Positions 18,133 to 27,762 are shown, counted from the first letter of the stretch. The stretch is DNA of 64,000 nt from Candidatus Heimdallarchaeota archaeon (GCA_021399395.1 JAAFKJ010000001.1:1-64000); one strand, 5' to 3'. Translations and numbers: made by a program. Notes: generated from the sequence alone by a model not told the origin.

Positions 18133-18390
18133 TTGACATTAATCGCTCAACACTTAAAATGTGATTTCAGAGATAGATGTGCGTCATGCAGTAAATATCT
18201 GTGGCCACCTAAACAAAAAGGAAGATACTTCTACTGCCCAGACTGCAAGTCAGACATTCTCTGTGATCGAGGTCTGATACAAAATTTTACTACTGACAAA
18301 GATGGAATCATTCAGAAAAAGAATCTCTGCATGAAATGTAATAATGAAGTAGTAGAAAGAATGTGGCCAGAAGACGCTTTTGAAATATGA
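18133..18390 (+). CDS. Small Cys-rich binuclear zinc-finger protein
   Basis: C...CASC-x15-CPDC-x5-C...CMKC; co-oriented 4 nt after the zinc-ribbon gene. Confidence 0.7.
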   Translation: MTLIAQHLKCDFRDRCASCSKYLWPPKQKGRYFYCPDCKSDILCDRGLIQNFTTDKDGIIQKKNLCMKCNNEVVERMWPEDAFEI

Positions 18391-18402
18391 AAAAATAAAA
18401 TC

Positions 18403-19788
18403 CTATTGGATTATAACATATAATCCAGGATCATCCATGATGTAAATTATTTCATCAGGTTTTTCAGACATGTAATTTGTTATTTCTCTTCTGAGTGCAT
18501 CAACTGGTGATTCTTCTGGTTTTTTAATGGGATTAACTCTGTAGTAATCACGTAATTGATCAGCATCCCAGTCTGCAATCATTTTTAGGTTACCTTCTCC
18601 GATTAATTTGACTATCCTCATAGTATCAACTGGTTTTTGGTTTCCAATTTTGAAGGTTTCAGTTGTACAGTAATTGTCTAAGATATATTCTAAGCCTTCT
18701 TGAAGTGGCATTTCACCTGTTTCTTTCATGACTTGTTCATAATTAGCATTACCGACACCATCTGGAAGAGGTGCTACAGCTATAATTATTCCTGTACCAT
18801 CTTGCTTTACTGCATTCCAAGCTGCATGTATGCCTTTCCCTGCTTGGTATAGGTTGATACCCCAGCTTTGCATTCCACTAACAACAATACCTCCTGCTTT
18901 TGGAAGTTTGACTGTTCTCATTTTTACAATGAGATTTTTAGCTTCATCGTGAAGTTCTACTAGATCTCCAGCATTGAGGTAAACTATTTTACCTTCAGTT
19001 ACAATTGTATCAATTCCGAAAATTGGTACTTTAGTTTTTAAGATATTTACCATGTTCTTAATATCTGAAATCACAGGATTATCTTCTGTACTACCTAACC
19101 TGCATCCTGGAACAAAACCTAGTTTTCTATCAAACATTCTAGGATGATTTTGTCTAACAGTATCTCTGCCTGCTATTCCAGGGCATATTTCTTTTATAGT
19201 CCCAGCAACTCCTGCAAAATAGTGCAATTCACTATCTGTTATGGGAACTATGATAGATGCTTCAAAAACCAATTTATCAAAAGTCATAGGTGTTCCAGCA
19301 TCACTAATTCCAATATTAACTCCTTCATCATCACAATCATGTGATACTATATTTGCTCTATAGTTTTCATAAACAAATTCGCCAACCATCTTTGTTGGAT
19401 ATTCTTCTTCTTTTGGCTCACGATGGGTTCCTGTTGCAATTAAAACCCTAAAATCTTCTTTTGCTACACCAAGAGAAAGGATTTTTTCTATCATTAAAGG
19501 TAATATGATTTTTGTATGAATGTTAGGTCTAGTATAGTCATCAACTGCAAAAACGATCGGTTTTCCTTTTTGATACTTTTGCTTTACTAGTTCTTCAAAA
19601 GAAATATCATAACCAATTGGATTTTCTAATTTCTTCATTAAAGCTTCCTTTACAGTTCCTTCAAACATTGGCTTCTTCGAAAACTCAGGAGGATGTAAGA
19701 ATTTAGTCTGATCCATATATCTGGAGGGAACAAAATTATTTATTGTTTCTGCACCCCAAGATATTGGTGTGTCTAGATATTCTGTCAT
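18403..19788 (-). CDS. larA: Lactate racemase (LarA) family nickel-pincer enzyme
   Basis: DDYTRP, ATGTHR, HDC, HYFAGVAGTIKEICPG, NH, NLYQAGKG. Confidence 0.85.
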   Translation of the reverse strand: MTEYLDTPISWGAETINNFVPSRYMDQTKFLHPPEFSKKPMFEGTVKEALMKKLENPIGYDISFEELVKQKYQKGKPIVFAVDDYTRPNIHTKIILPLMIEKILSLGVAKEDFRVLIATGTHREPKEEEYPTKMVGEFVYENYRANIVSHDCDDEGVNIGISDAGTPMTFDKLVFEASIIVPITDSELHYFAGVAGTIKEICPGIAGRDTVRQNHPRMFDRKLGFVPGCRLGSTEDNPVISDIKNMVNILKTKVPIFGIDTIVTEGKIVYLNAGDLVELHDEAKNLIVKMRTVKLPKAGGIVVSGMQSWGINLYQAGKGIHAAWNAVKQDGTGIIIAVAPLPDGVGNANYEQVMKETGEMPLQEGLEYILDNYCTTETFKIGNQKPVDTMRIVKLIGEGNLKMIADWDADQLRDYYRVNPIKKPEESPVDALRREITNYMSEKPDEIIYIMDDPGLYVIIQ

Positions 19789-19884
19789 AAGCTAACCAAT
19801 TCTAAAGTGTATATAAAATATATCCTTTCGACAAAAAAGCATACCAACAATTAGTTTTTAATCATCTGAGTTTTTTCTCTTTTC

Positions 19885-21396
19885 ATGGCATTACATGAGA
19901 TAGCTCTTCACCCCTCTAGAAAAATAAATATTCGTGTTCTAGTGTTTGCTAACCTCATTAATGGTCTGATTACAGGTTTTTATAACGTTATTCTCCAACC
20001 TTTTATTGTAGAATTAATTCAATTAAATGGCAACAATATCAATCCTGAAGAAACTCTTGGAACTATAATGACCCTAGCTTCACTAATTATGATATTACCA
20101 ATGATTTTTGCAGCTAAGCTTAGTGATAAAATTGGTAGAAAGAGGGTGATTCTTGGAAGTTTCATTTTTCTTCCAATAGCAATGCTCTTTTTAGGAATAG
20201 CAGGGCTACTACCCTTAAAGCAGCCCATGTCTTTCTTTACTTTACCAGATGGGCTCTTAATCGAAATCACGAATTATCCCCATTTCATTAAAAATGGTCT
20301 TTCTATTACATATGCACTTGCTGTTGCATTTCTTGGTCTGAGTTGCTTCTCTTTAGGGATAGGTTTTGGTGATCCAGCAACTGGTGCTTTAACAGCTGAG
20401 AGTGCAGAGAAGAAGAAAACCGCATCTTCTTTCAGCTTGATTAATATGGCTTTTTACGCAACTGGTTTGATTGGTCCTCTTGTTATAAGAATTTTTACTA
20501 ACAAAATAGAAATTTGGGTTTACTTCTTTATTCTTGCAGCTTTAAGACTAATCATGTTTATCTATCAATTGTTTGCGTTAAAGGAACCTCATGTTATCAA
20601 GGATTATAGTTCAAGTATCTTCAAACAATTCATCCAATCCTTGAAAGCCATCTATTTACTGTTTGTTCAGATGTTCAAATCTATATTCCTTTATCTTTCA
20701 GTTCCAGTCTATTTTGTTTTAAGAAGAAACAAAGAAAAAGAAAGAGGTAATTACTATAGAGATGTTGAGACAAATCTGAATCTTCTAAAAGAGATCTTTC
20801 GTAATCCTGGAGTACCTTACGCAATAGGATTTTTCATGTTGGATGCTTTAACCTGGGGATTGAGCATAAGTATATTCTGGGGTAGTTTAGTCACTCAATA
20901 TAATTTTGATGAAGGAAATATAGCTGTACTGAATCTCGTTTTCTATTTGAGCACTCTCATTTTCTTTATTCCAGTAACAAAGATATCAGATAAACTACGT
21001 AAACCACAACTCCTTCTCCTAAGTCAACTTACAGGTGGGTTGTTCTTTGCATCAAACATAATTGCATATTTTACACTTCCACAGTATAGATTATACATAA
21101 TTCTAATAGGATGGATCGGGATGGGTGCTAGTGTTGCTTTTTGGATGCCAGGAATAATGTCCATACTTACAAATTTTGACAAAAAAAGAAGAGCTGAAGC
21201 CTATGGTTTAGTACAGGGATTACATAATCTTGGATGGTTACCAACCTCTTTTCTAGCTGGGATCATAATTTCAAGAGTCAACTTTCTTGCAGTCTTTATC
21301 ATTAGTCTAGTTCTCCTTCCATTTAATCTTCTTATGGCTTGGAAGTTTCCTATAAAAGAAGAGCAGGAAGAAGAGAAATTGAAAGTTGAAAGTTAA
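19885..21396 (+). CDS. MFS transporter
   Basis: About 12 TM segments, LSDKIGRK motif A, long central loop. Confidence 0.88.
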   Translation: MALHEIALHPSRKINIRVLVFANLINGLITGFYNVILQPFIVELIQLNGNNINPEETLGTIMTLASLIMILPMIFAAKLSDKIGRKRVILGSFIFLPIAMLFLGIAGLLPLKQPMSFFTLPDGLLIEITNYPHFIKNGLSITYALAVAFLGLSCFSLGIGFGDPATGALTAESAEKKKTASSFSLINMAFYATGLIGPLVIRIFTNKIEIWVYFFILAALRLIMFIYQLFALKEPHVIKDYSSSIFKQFIQSLKAIYLLFVQMFKSIFLYLSVPVYFVLRRNKEKERGNYYRDVETNLNLLKEIFRNPGVPYAIGFFMLDALTWGLSISIFWGSLVTQYNFDEGNIAVLNLVFYLSTLIFFIPVTKISDKLRKPQLLLLSQLTGGLFFASNIIAYFTLPQYRLYIILIGWIGMGASVAFWMPGIMSILTNFDKKRRAEAYGLVQGLHNLGWLPTSFLAGIIISRVNFLAVFIISLVLLPFNLLMAWKFPIKEEQEEEKLKVES

Positions 21397-21411
21397 ATAA
21401 TATCTGTTTAA

Positions 21412-22260
21412 TCAGAATGGTCTCTTTCCTACTTCGAGATGAAGAATTTCTGAGAGTTCATCTCCAATTTCATCTAACATAAGATGAATTTGCTCCTCTG
21501 CAGTTGGTTTGTAGTAGAAGTATCCGACTAACCAGAAATCGCTCTCTCTACCTGCTAATTGTTTCAAATACCATCCTTCATTAATCCCTAAAGTATCAAT
21601 TTGAGAACTTACTAACCTTGTTTTTTCTTTTTCAGTTAAAGAAGACCTCACGAAAATATTGCTATCTATTGAAAATGCTGTTAAAAGTTCAGAAAATAAT
21701 GTGAGACTATTTTTCTCTCGCAATTCATTTTTATTTACTAAACTTAGAACCTTACCTTGATCAATGTCACCTATGAATAGATCAGCAATAAATAATTTCT
21801 CCTCATCTTCCATGTATTTGATTTTTCTGAGGATTTTTTCTAAAAATTCTTGTTTTATACTATCCGTTGGGAAATTTTGTGTATATTTTGTGATATCTTG
21901 TACTCTAAAGCTAACATCTGTAGGTGGATTATAAAGTTCAAATGATATAAATGGTGATAGAACTTCAAAGATAGCTTGTCCTTTAGTTTCTAAATAGGAG
22001 TTATTGTCATAAAGGTCAGTAAAGAATACAAATCGTAAAGGATTATTTTCACCTAATGGTGAGTAGAGATATATTTTGATATCCTCTAGGGCAGCATTTA
22101 CTAATGATCTTTCACTTCCTGTACATTCGCTAACAAAGTTGTTCAAGGCACTAATCATCGGCCAAATAAGTTCTTCACTTATTTGTATTGAATTATCGTC
22201 ATAGATGGTTCTACCTAATCCAGTTTCAATATCCATGAAAGCTGCTAAATGTATCATCAA
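21412..22260 (-). CDS. Hypothetical protein with an N-terminal longin-like domain
   Basis: MIHLAAFMDIETGL...EELIWPMISALNNFVSE...SLVNAALEDIKIY resembles the Asgard longin pattern (beta-hairpin, SAL-x-x-F helix, beta strands). Confidence 0.55.
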   Translation of the reverse strand: MMIHLAAFMDIETGLGRTIYDDNSIQISEELIWPMISALNNFVSECTGSERSLVNAALEDIKIYLYSPLGENNPLRFVFFTDLYDNNSYLETKGQAIFEVLSPFISFELYNPPTDVSFRVQDITKYTQNFPTDSIKQEFLEKILRKIKYMEDEEKLFIADLFIGDIDQGKVLSLVNKNELREKNSLTLFSELLTAFSIDSNIFVRSSLTEKEKTRLVSSQIDTLGINEGWYLKQLAGRESDFWLVGYFYYKPTAEEQIHLMLDEIGDELSEILHLEVGKRPF

Positions 22261-22363
22261 GTATCCGAAAGTCTTATTCTAAATAAAACTATTCCCTCGT
22301 ATCAGATTAAACCATAAGCTTATTAATTAAGTTTAAAACTTTAATAAAAATGCCGATGATATT

Positions 22364-22813
22364 ATGCAACTAGAGACTTCTGCGGGGATTGTCGTTTACA
22401 ATTCTGGTCATTATCTACTACTTAACTACGGACGAAGTCGCATAACAGAGAACCGATGGGGTTTGACAAAAGGTCGTATTGAAGAGAATGAAACTGTTAT
22501 GCAAGCAGCACTAAGAGAGACTTTTGAAGAAACAGGTATTTCAGACATATCCATCTTAGAAGAATTTCAGCATAAGATAATTTACTATTTTTCCCGAGGA
22601 TCACACAGAATAAAGAAAACTGTAATTTATCTAATCGGGATATCTCCTGTTAAAGAAATAACGATATCTAAAGAACATATAGGTTTTCACTGGGCGAAGT
22701 ACGAAGATGCTTTGGAAATGTTAACTTTTGAAAATACTCGAAAGGTTATAAGAGCCGCAGAAAGGTATCTGCGAGATAACGAATTAGCGAAAGAACCTTC
22801 AGAGGAGAATTGA
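22364..22813 (+). CDS. NUDIX hydrolase, asymmetrical Ap4A hydrolase-like
   Basis: SAGIV, YLLL, W-x-x-x-KG Nudix box (KGRIEENETVMQAALRETFEETGI), SKEH. Confidence 0.88.
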   Translation: MQLETSAGIVVYNSGHYLLLNYGRSRITENRWGLTKGRIEENETVMQAALRETFEETGISDISILEEFQHKIIYYFSRGSHRIKKTVIYLIGISPVKEITISKEHIGFHWAKYEDALEMLTFENTRKVIRAAERYLRDNELAKEPSEEN

Positions 22814-23380
22814 TTGGCACTTACAGAAGAAGATCTTATATCTAAAACTCCAACTATCAAAAAACCAAAAACCTTGAATCCTCTAGGAGCAGTAATTTTT
22901 GGTTTGCTATTAGGAATTGGTCATACTCTTATCTATTCTAGTTTGCTTAGAATAAGGTACTATTGGTATTTCAGTATCTTTGGATTTCTACTAATCGCAT
23001 TGTCAGTTCTTGTTATAATTGTAGTCATATCTTTAACATCAAAGTCCATATTATTCACTCTTAAAATCGAAAAAGTGAAGACTCCTCCAGCACTATCAGT
23101 ATTACAAATTCTACTATTCTACCTAGGATTCGTACCCATATATGGGTTCAGTATTATGTATCTAGAACAAACAATCGAGTTCTGGGAAATTATGGTTACT
23201 ACTGCAATCGTAGTCGTTCTTTTTGCACTTGCTCTTTTATTGAACATCTTTCTAATCAAGAAGGAAAAAGCCAGCCTAGGTCATTTAAAGAAATTTTTCT
23301 ATCAACCAAAAAAATTACTACTAATAGGTATAGGTATAATGATCTCTTCAATTGTTACAGCAATTATTTTCTTGTTTTAG
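22814..23380 (+). CDS. Hypothetical membrane protein (about 5 TM)
   Basis: Multiple hydrophobic segments; TTG start immediately after the NUDIX stop. Confidence 0.7.
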   Translation: MALTEEDLISKTPTIKKPKTLNPLGAVIFGLLLGIGHTLIYSSLLRIRYYWYFSIFGFLLIALSVLVIIVVISLTSKSILFTLKIEKVKTPPALSVLQILLFYLGFVPIYGFSIMYLEQTIEFWEIMVTTAIVVVLFALALLLNIFLIKKEKASLGHLKKFFYQPKKLLLIGIGIMISSIVTAIIFLF

Positions 23381-23387
23381 CACATTA

Positions 23388-23768
23388 TCATTGCATAATT
23401 CGAAAACCTTCAGCTGTAATTTCTTCTTTGAGCCTTTGAAAAGTTTTAATCGATTCATCAAAGTCTACTTTGTTTGAAATAGTTTCAACTCCCTTTAAAG
23501 TAGAACCTTTGAATTTCCACATTTCCACGCTATATACGTAAGTGTCAGGTTCTGGTATGTGTAAACCACTTCTGTCATAGACATATCCTGATCTTTGTCC
23601 AAAAGAGAGCATTAGAATGAACCAATAGTGTGGTCTAGGGTCATCATCATCATCTGATGGTTTCTCTAGAGTTATTGTCTCTTCGACAGTTCCACTTTTA
23701 GTGTCCGCAGACAGTTTAAGTTTTTGTAAATTCTTATACACATCTGGGTGTAATCTTTTCGATGACAT
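23388..23768 (-). CDS. Hypothetical protein
   Basis: 126-aa ORF with ATG filling the gap; globular-looking composition. Confidence 0.7.
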   Translation of the reverse strand: MSSKRLHPDVYKNLQKLKLSADTKSGTVEETITLEKPSDDDDDPRPHYWFILMLSFGQRSGYVYDRSGLHIPEPDTYVYSVEMWKFKGSTLKGVETISNKVDFDESIKTFQRLKEEITAEGFRIMQ

Positions 23769-23955
23769 CTATCAACAGTATCAAAATACACTAATCAGTT
23801 AAAAATTTAACTCTTAATTTTAACGAATTTATATATAAAAAACCATTTGCTTAAGTAAGTGTTATCAAAAAATGGCTGTTAGTATTTAAAAAGGGTTTAA
23901 ATAATACGGAAGGAATAATCTTCTACATACGGCTCATTACAAGTGTGATTTAGAG

Positions 23956-26577
23956 ATGTCTGAACAACCTTCTCCACTGAAATGCGTCATAATTGATATA
24001 GATTTTTTTATTCAAGAGAAGGAAAAAGAGATTGAAGAACCTATTATACGAATTCGTGGTAAAACAAAAGAGAATCAACCCCTAATTGTTCATATCTCCG
24101 GATTTTACCCTTATTTCTTCATTGATGACATTCCAACTACTACAGATGCAATACAGAGTTTGCTATATACAGAAAAAGAGTTTGGAAGTTGGATTAAAGA
24201 TCACTATCCTCTAACTAAAAACAAATACTATCAACACAAACCAATTTATCTGCATAAAATCCTTGGAAGAAATCCGTGGAGGATTCTTAGATATAGTAAG
24301 AAATTGAAAGATATAGGTATTAAGAGCTATGAGAACGATATTTCTTATGTATCAAGATTCTTAATTGACAACAATATCAAGGGTTTGAACTGGATAGAAA
24401 TATCTAATTTTAAAGAGAAAACCGATAAAAATGGTGTAAGAGTAGTAGAAACAAACATAGAAAACATAAAACCTATAGAAGATGAAATAGAATTTCCACT
24501 CAATATCCTTTCTCTAAGCATAGTGATTAATTCTATCACAAAAGAAGGTAAGAAAATAAAGAATTTTTCTAGTGTCTTTGAGGAGAAAGAAAATCGAATA
24601 GTTTGTGCAAGTATCGCTTGGGGGAAAAACATAGAAGAAACTAAGAGCAAAAGCTTTATTCTTGAGAAAGACGATGCAGAAAGTGAGCGTAAGCTTCTTT
24701 TTGATTTGATTAAAGAGATTCACGCAATTTCCCCTGAAGTTATAGTAACATTCAATGGTAATCAAATTACATTACCTTATTTGATTGCAAGGATGGAAAG
24801 ATTAGGCTTAAATCCAGCTACTTTAGGACCATATCAAGATGTAAAAATTAAATCGCCTATTGGCTATCTTGGTTATAGAATACCTGGGTACATAGTTTAT
24901 GATTTAGTAAAGAGCACCAGATGGCTAAGAACAAGAACAGGAAGAAAGAGACTTTCTGATTTTGCTAGGGAACTTCTAAATATTGAGAGAGAAGGAGGAT
25001 ATGATAAAGCAAATAATATGTGGTTTAATTCGGTTATAAGGGGAGAAGAAAAACTTAGTAAGAAACTTAAAAAATTATGTGATCTTGACGCGATAATCGT
25101 TCATAATCTATTCTTTGAGATGGGTTTAGAAGAGTATTTGCAAATCGTAAAACTAGTTGGTATTCGACCCTCTGAAGGCATCTACTCCACTCCAAGACAC
25201 ATTGGAGAGTTTCAACTTTTCAGAGTTCTGCATCACAAAAACACCCTAATTCCCGCTGAACCTACACGAGAAGAATTAGCTTTTCGTAGGAGTACAAGAT
25301 CTCAAGCAATTGGAGGTTTTGTTCTTGTTCCTAAAGGAACACTCCATGAAGCCGTTCTTATTGCTGATTTTCGTTCAATGTTTCCTTCAGTGATGGTTGC
25401 ATTCAATGTTGGTGGAGAAGGTTACAATGGCGCTGTTGCCCTTCCCGAAAAGAAGTTTCGAGATGAACCAGATTCAGGTTTAAGAATAATGATGAGAGGA
25501 TTACTGAAAGAGAGAAAGAAAATCAAACAACAAATTTATGATTTAGAGACATATCTTCGTACTTTTGAAGACTCAAAGAAGAAAACAGAACTAGGTATTA
25601 AGCTTCATAAGTTGAAGACAAAGTCAAGTGCACTAAAGATAACTGCAAATTCTCTATATGGCAGTCACAACTATGTTGGGAGCCGTTTTTACGATACAGA
25701 AATCTCAAATGCCATTACAAGCATTGCTAAAGATTACATTAAGAAAGTAGACAAATGGACTCAAGAGTTCTCAAGTAACCGTTGTCAAGCAATCTATGGT
25801 GATACTGATAGTATCTTCATTAAACTATCAGACAAGGATAAAGTCTTTGAAATAGCACAGAAAGTAAAAGATGGTGGAGTATTTTCTTTAGAAGAAGTAC
25901 CTGAAGCTGTTGCTCTATTTGACTTTTTTGAAACAAAATTACCTAAAGAGATGGAGCTAGAATTTGTTGATTTAGCAACAAGAATCGTTTTTGCTCCTGA
26001 AACCAAAAAGAGGTACAGTTACATAAGCGCTGTTACTGGAGAATTAACTATCACAGGTTTTGAAGCTATCAGAAGTGACACTTCTCCATTTGCTAAAGAG
26101 GTTCAGACCGAAGCTCTACAATGCGTTTTAGCTGATGGAAATGTCGACAAAGCAAGAAAAAGAGTTATTGAGTTGGGATTAGAATTCAAACAAATATCAG
26201 AGCAAGAATTACTTGATAAAACCACTATTTTAGGTCCAATTAGAAGGAATCCAAAAGACTATAAATCGAAGACTCCTGCAGTTGGAGCACTTGAGCATTT
26301 TACCATCAGAATGGGTTTGAATATTAATGAAATTTGGAAAGATTATGAAAGATTTCCATATGTAATTATGGAAGGAGATTCAGCACTGTATAAACGTGCA
26401 CAACATCCTTCTTTAGCAGATTCTTCTAAAATTGATAAAAACCATTATCTTTTGGAAGCAGTACGTGATGTTCAGAGAATAGGAGTCAAAGTAGAATTAA
26501 GAGATCTTCAATCCTCAAGTCAAAAAACACTTGATTTTTCGTCATTACATGCTAATGGAAAAAATGAAGAAGATTAG
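23956..26577 (+). CDS. polB: Family B DNA polymerase (delta-like N-terminus) with degenerate 3'-5' exonuclease
   Basis: DFRSMFPS, KITANSLYG, YGDTDS, KKRY, GFEAIRSD; C-terminal PIP-like QKTLDF. Confidence 0.93.
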   Translation: MSEQPSPLKCVIIDIDFFIQEKEKEIEEPIIRIRGKTKENQPLIVHISGFYPYFFIDDIPTTTDAIQSLLYTEKEFGSWIKDHYPLTKNKYYQHKPIYLHKILGRNPWRILRYSKKLKDIGIKSYENDISYVSRFLIDNNIKGLNWIEISNFKEKTDKNGVRVVETNIENIKPIEDEIEFPLNILSLSIVINSITKEGKKIKNFSSVFEEKENRIVCASIAWGKNIEETKSKSFILEKDDAESERKLLFDLIKEIHAISPEVIVTFNGNQITLPYLIARMERLGLNPATLGPYQDVKIKSPIGYLGYRIPGYIVYDLVKSTRWLRTRTGRKRLSDFARELLNIEREGGYDKANNMWFNSVIRGEEKLSKKLKKLCDLDAIIVHNLFFEMGLEEYLQIVKLVGIRPSEGIYSTPRHIGEFQLFRVLHHKNTLIPAEPTREELAFRRSTRSQAIGGFVLVPKGTLHEAVLIADFRSMFPSVMVAFNVGGEGYNGAVALPEKKFRDEPDSGLRIMMRGLLKERKKIKQQIYDLETYLRTFEDSKKKTELGIKLHKLKTKSSALKITANSLYGSHNYVGSRFYDTEISNAITSIAKDYIKKVDKWTQEFSSNRCQAIYGDTDSIFIKLSDKDKVFEIAQKVKDGGVFSLEEVPEAVALFDFFETKLPKEMELEFVDLATRIVFAPETKKRYSYISAVTGELTITGFEAIRSDTSPFAKEVQTEALQCVLADGNVDKARKRVIELGLEFKQISEQELLDKTTILGPIRRNPKDYKSKTPAVGALEHFTIRMGLNINEIWKDYERFPYVIMEGDSALYKRAQHPSLADSSKIDKNHYLLEAVRDVQRIGVKVELRDLQSSSQKTLDFSSLHANGKNEED

Positions 26578-26580
26578 TGC

Positions 26581-27267
26581 TTACAATTCGTGAAGCTCTT
26601 CATGAAGGAGTGAGAGTAAATCTCCAGCTCTTTCTCTTGATTTTTCGTTTTCAGACATTTTTTTGACAGAATTTAGAATTGAAAGATTAGAGAAAAGTAC
26701 TATTAAATTCCAAAGTTTTTCATCTATTTCCAATCCATAATCATCTTTCAAAGAGTTCATGGATTCATGAGCAAAGTCAATCATATCCTTAACAACAGAG
26801 GTTAGAAGCTCGATCTTGAATTCATTTACATCTTTAAAGATTTTATCAGCCATTTTTCTTACAATTCTCTGAATAGGACGTTCGGGTAGTGGAACTCTTG
26901 ATTGTAATTCTGTAGGTTCAATTTCATCGAGAGGAGCCCATAGAAGTAAGTTAATAGCATCAGGTTTATAACTAGCACGATAGTATTTTATTGTCTTAGC
27001 CATGTTTTTAATGCTCTCTTCTCTAACTACGACTATCAATTTTGATTTTTCTAAAATTTGGAGATGATGATAAACAGCTTGAGGAGTACTATCGATTTTT
27101 TCAGCAATTTCAGAGAGGTTCAACTCATTTTCAGAAAGGTGTTGTAAAATGGTTAATCGTTTGGTTGAACCTAAAGCCTTGCTGATATTAACAGTTTCGC
27201 CTTTTTTCAACTTGATAATATTCACATCTTTTATGCCACTTTCATCTGAACTTGGTTTTTCTGTCAT
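26581..27267 (-). CDS. ArsR-family winged-HTH transcriptional regulator
   Basis: KALGSTKRLTIL...LSEIAEKIDSTPQAVYHHLQILEKSKLI...KYY. Confidence 0.85.
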   Translation of the reverse strand: MTEKPSSDESGIKDVNIIKLKKGETVNISKALGSTKRLTILQHLSENELNLSEIAEKIDSTPQAVYHHLQILEKSKLIVVVREESIKNMAKTIKYYRASYKPDAINLLLWAPLDEIEPTELQSRVPLPERPIQRIVRKMADKIFKDVNEFKIELLTSVVKDMIDFAHESMNSLKDDYGLEIDEKLWNLIVLFSNLSILNSVKKMSENEKSRERAGDLLSLLHEELHEL

Positions 27268-27387
27268 TTACGACTTTACCACACCTAAAAACCGTATTTC
27301 TGCCTTTTTTATCTTTTGGTAGAAGTTAATCGAATTTGAGTAACAGAAATATGAGAATTGTTCAAAAAAAAGAGTAAGATAAACCAA

Positions 27388-27762
27388 TTAATCTATCTTA
27401 ATTGATTCAGTTTGTTTGAAAGGATCTTCACCGATAATTGGAATATGAACAACTAATAACCCTTCATTATAATGCGCAACAGTTTCTTCTGGATCAGCAT
27501 CCATTAAGAATGGGTATTCATTGACAAATTCGGAATATTGATCCCTTCTTGCATTTAGTCGCAATCCATTTTTTACTACTTTGATGGAGATATTTTCCTT
27601 CTTAACTCCAGGAAGTTCGTATATCAACCGATACTCATCTTTAGTATCTGCACATCCTTCTTCATGATTCTTTGTTTCTGTTCCACAATCACAACCACAG
27701 TGAACGTGGGGATTGATCCAATACTTTCTACTTCTAATTTCATTAGTTTTACTTTTTGCCAT
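27388..27762 (-). CDS. Small heat-shock protein (Hsp20/alpha-crystallin)
   Basis: ELPGVKKENI and AHYNEGLLVVHIP motifs. Confidence 0.85.
   Translation of the reverse strand: MAKSKTNEIRSRKYWINPHVHCGCDCGTETKNHEEGCADTKDEYRLIYELPGVKKENISIKVVKNGLRLNARRDQYSEFVNEYPFLMDADPEETVAHYNEGLLVVHIPIIGEDPFKQTESIKID

Noticed and set aside
22811-22816. In-frame TGA-TTG junction between the NUDIX and membrane genes (possible readthrough or Sec fusion)
   Set aside because: The NUDIX domain is complete before the stop, and the same abutting stop-start layout occurs at pyrB/pyrI and purN/purF, so translational coupling explains it.
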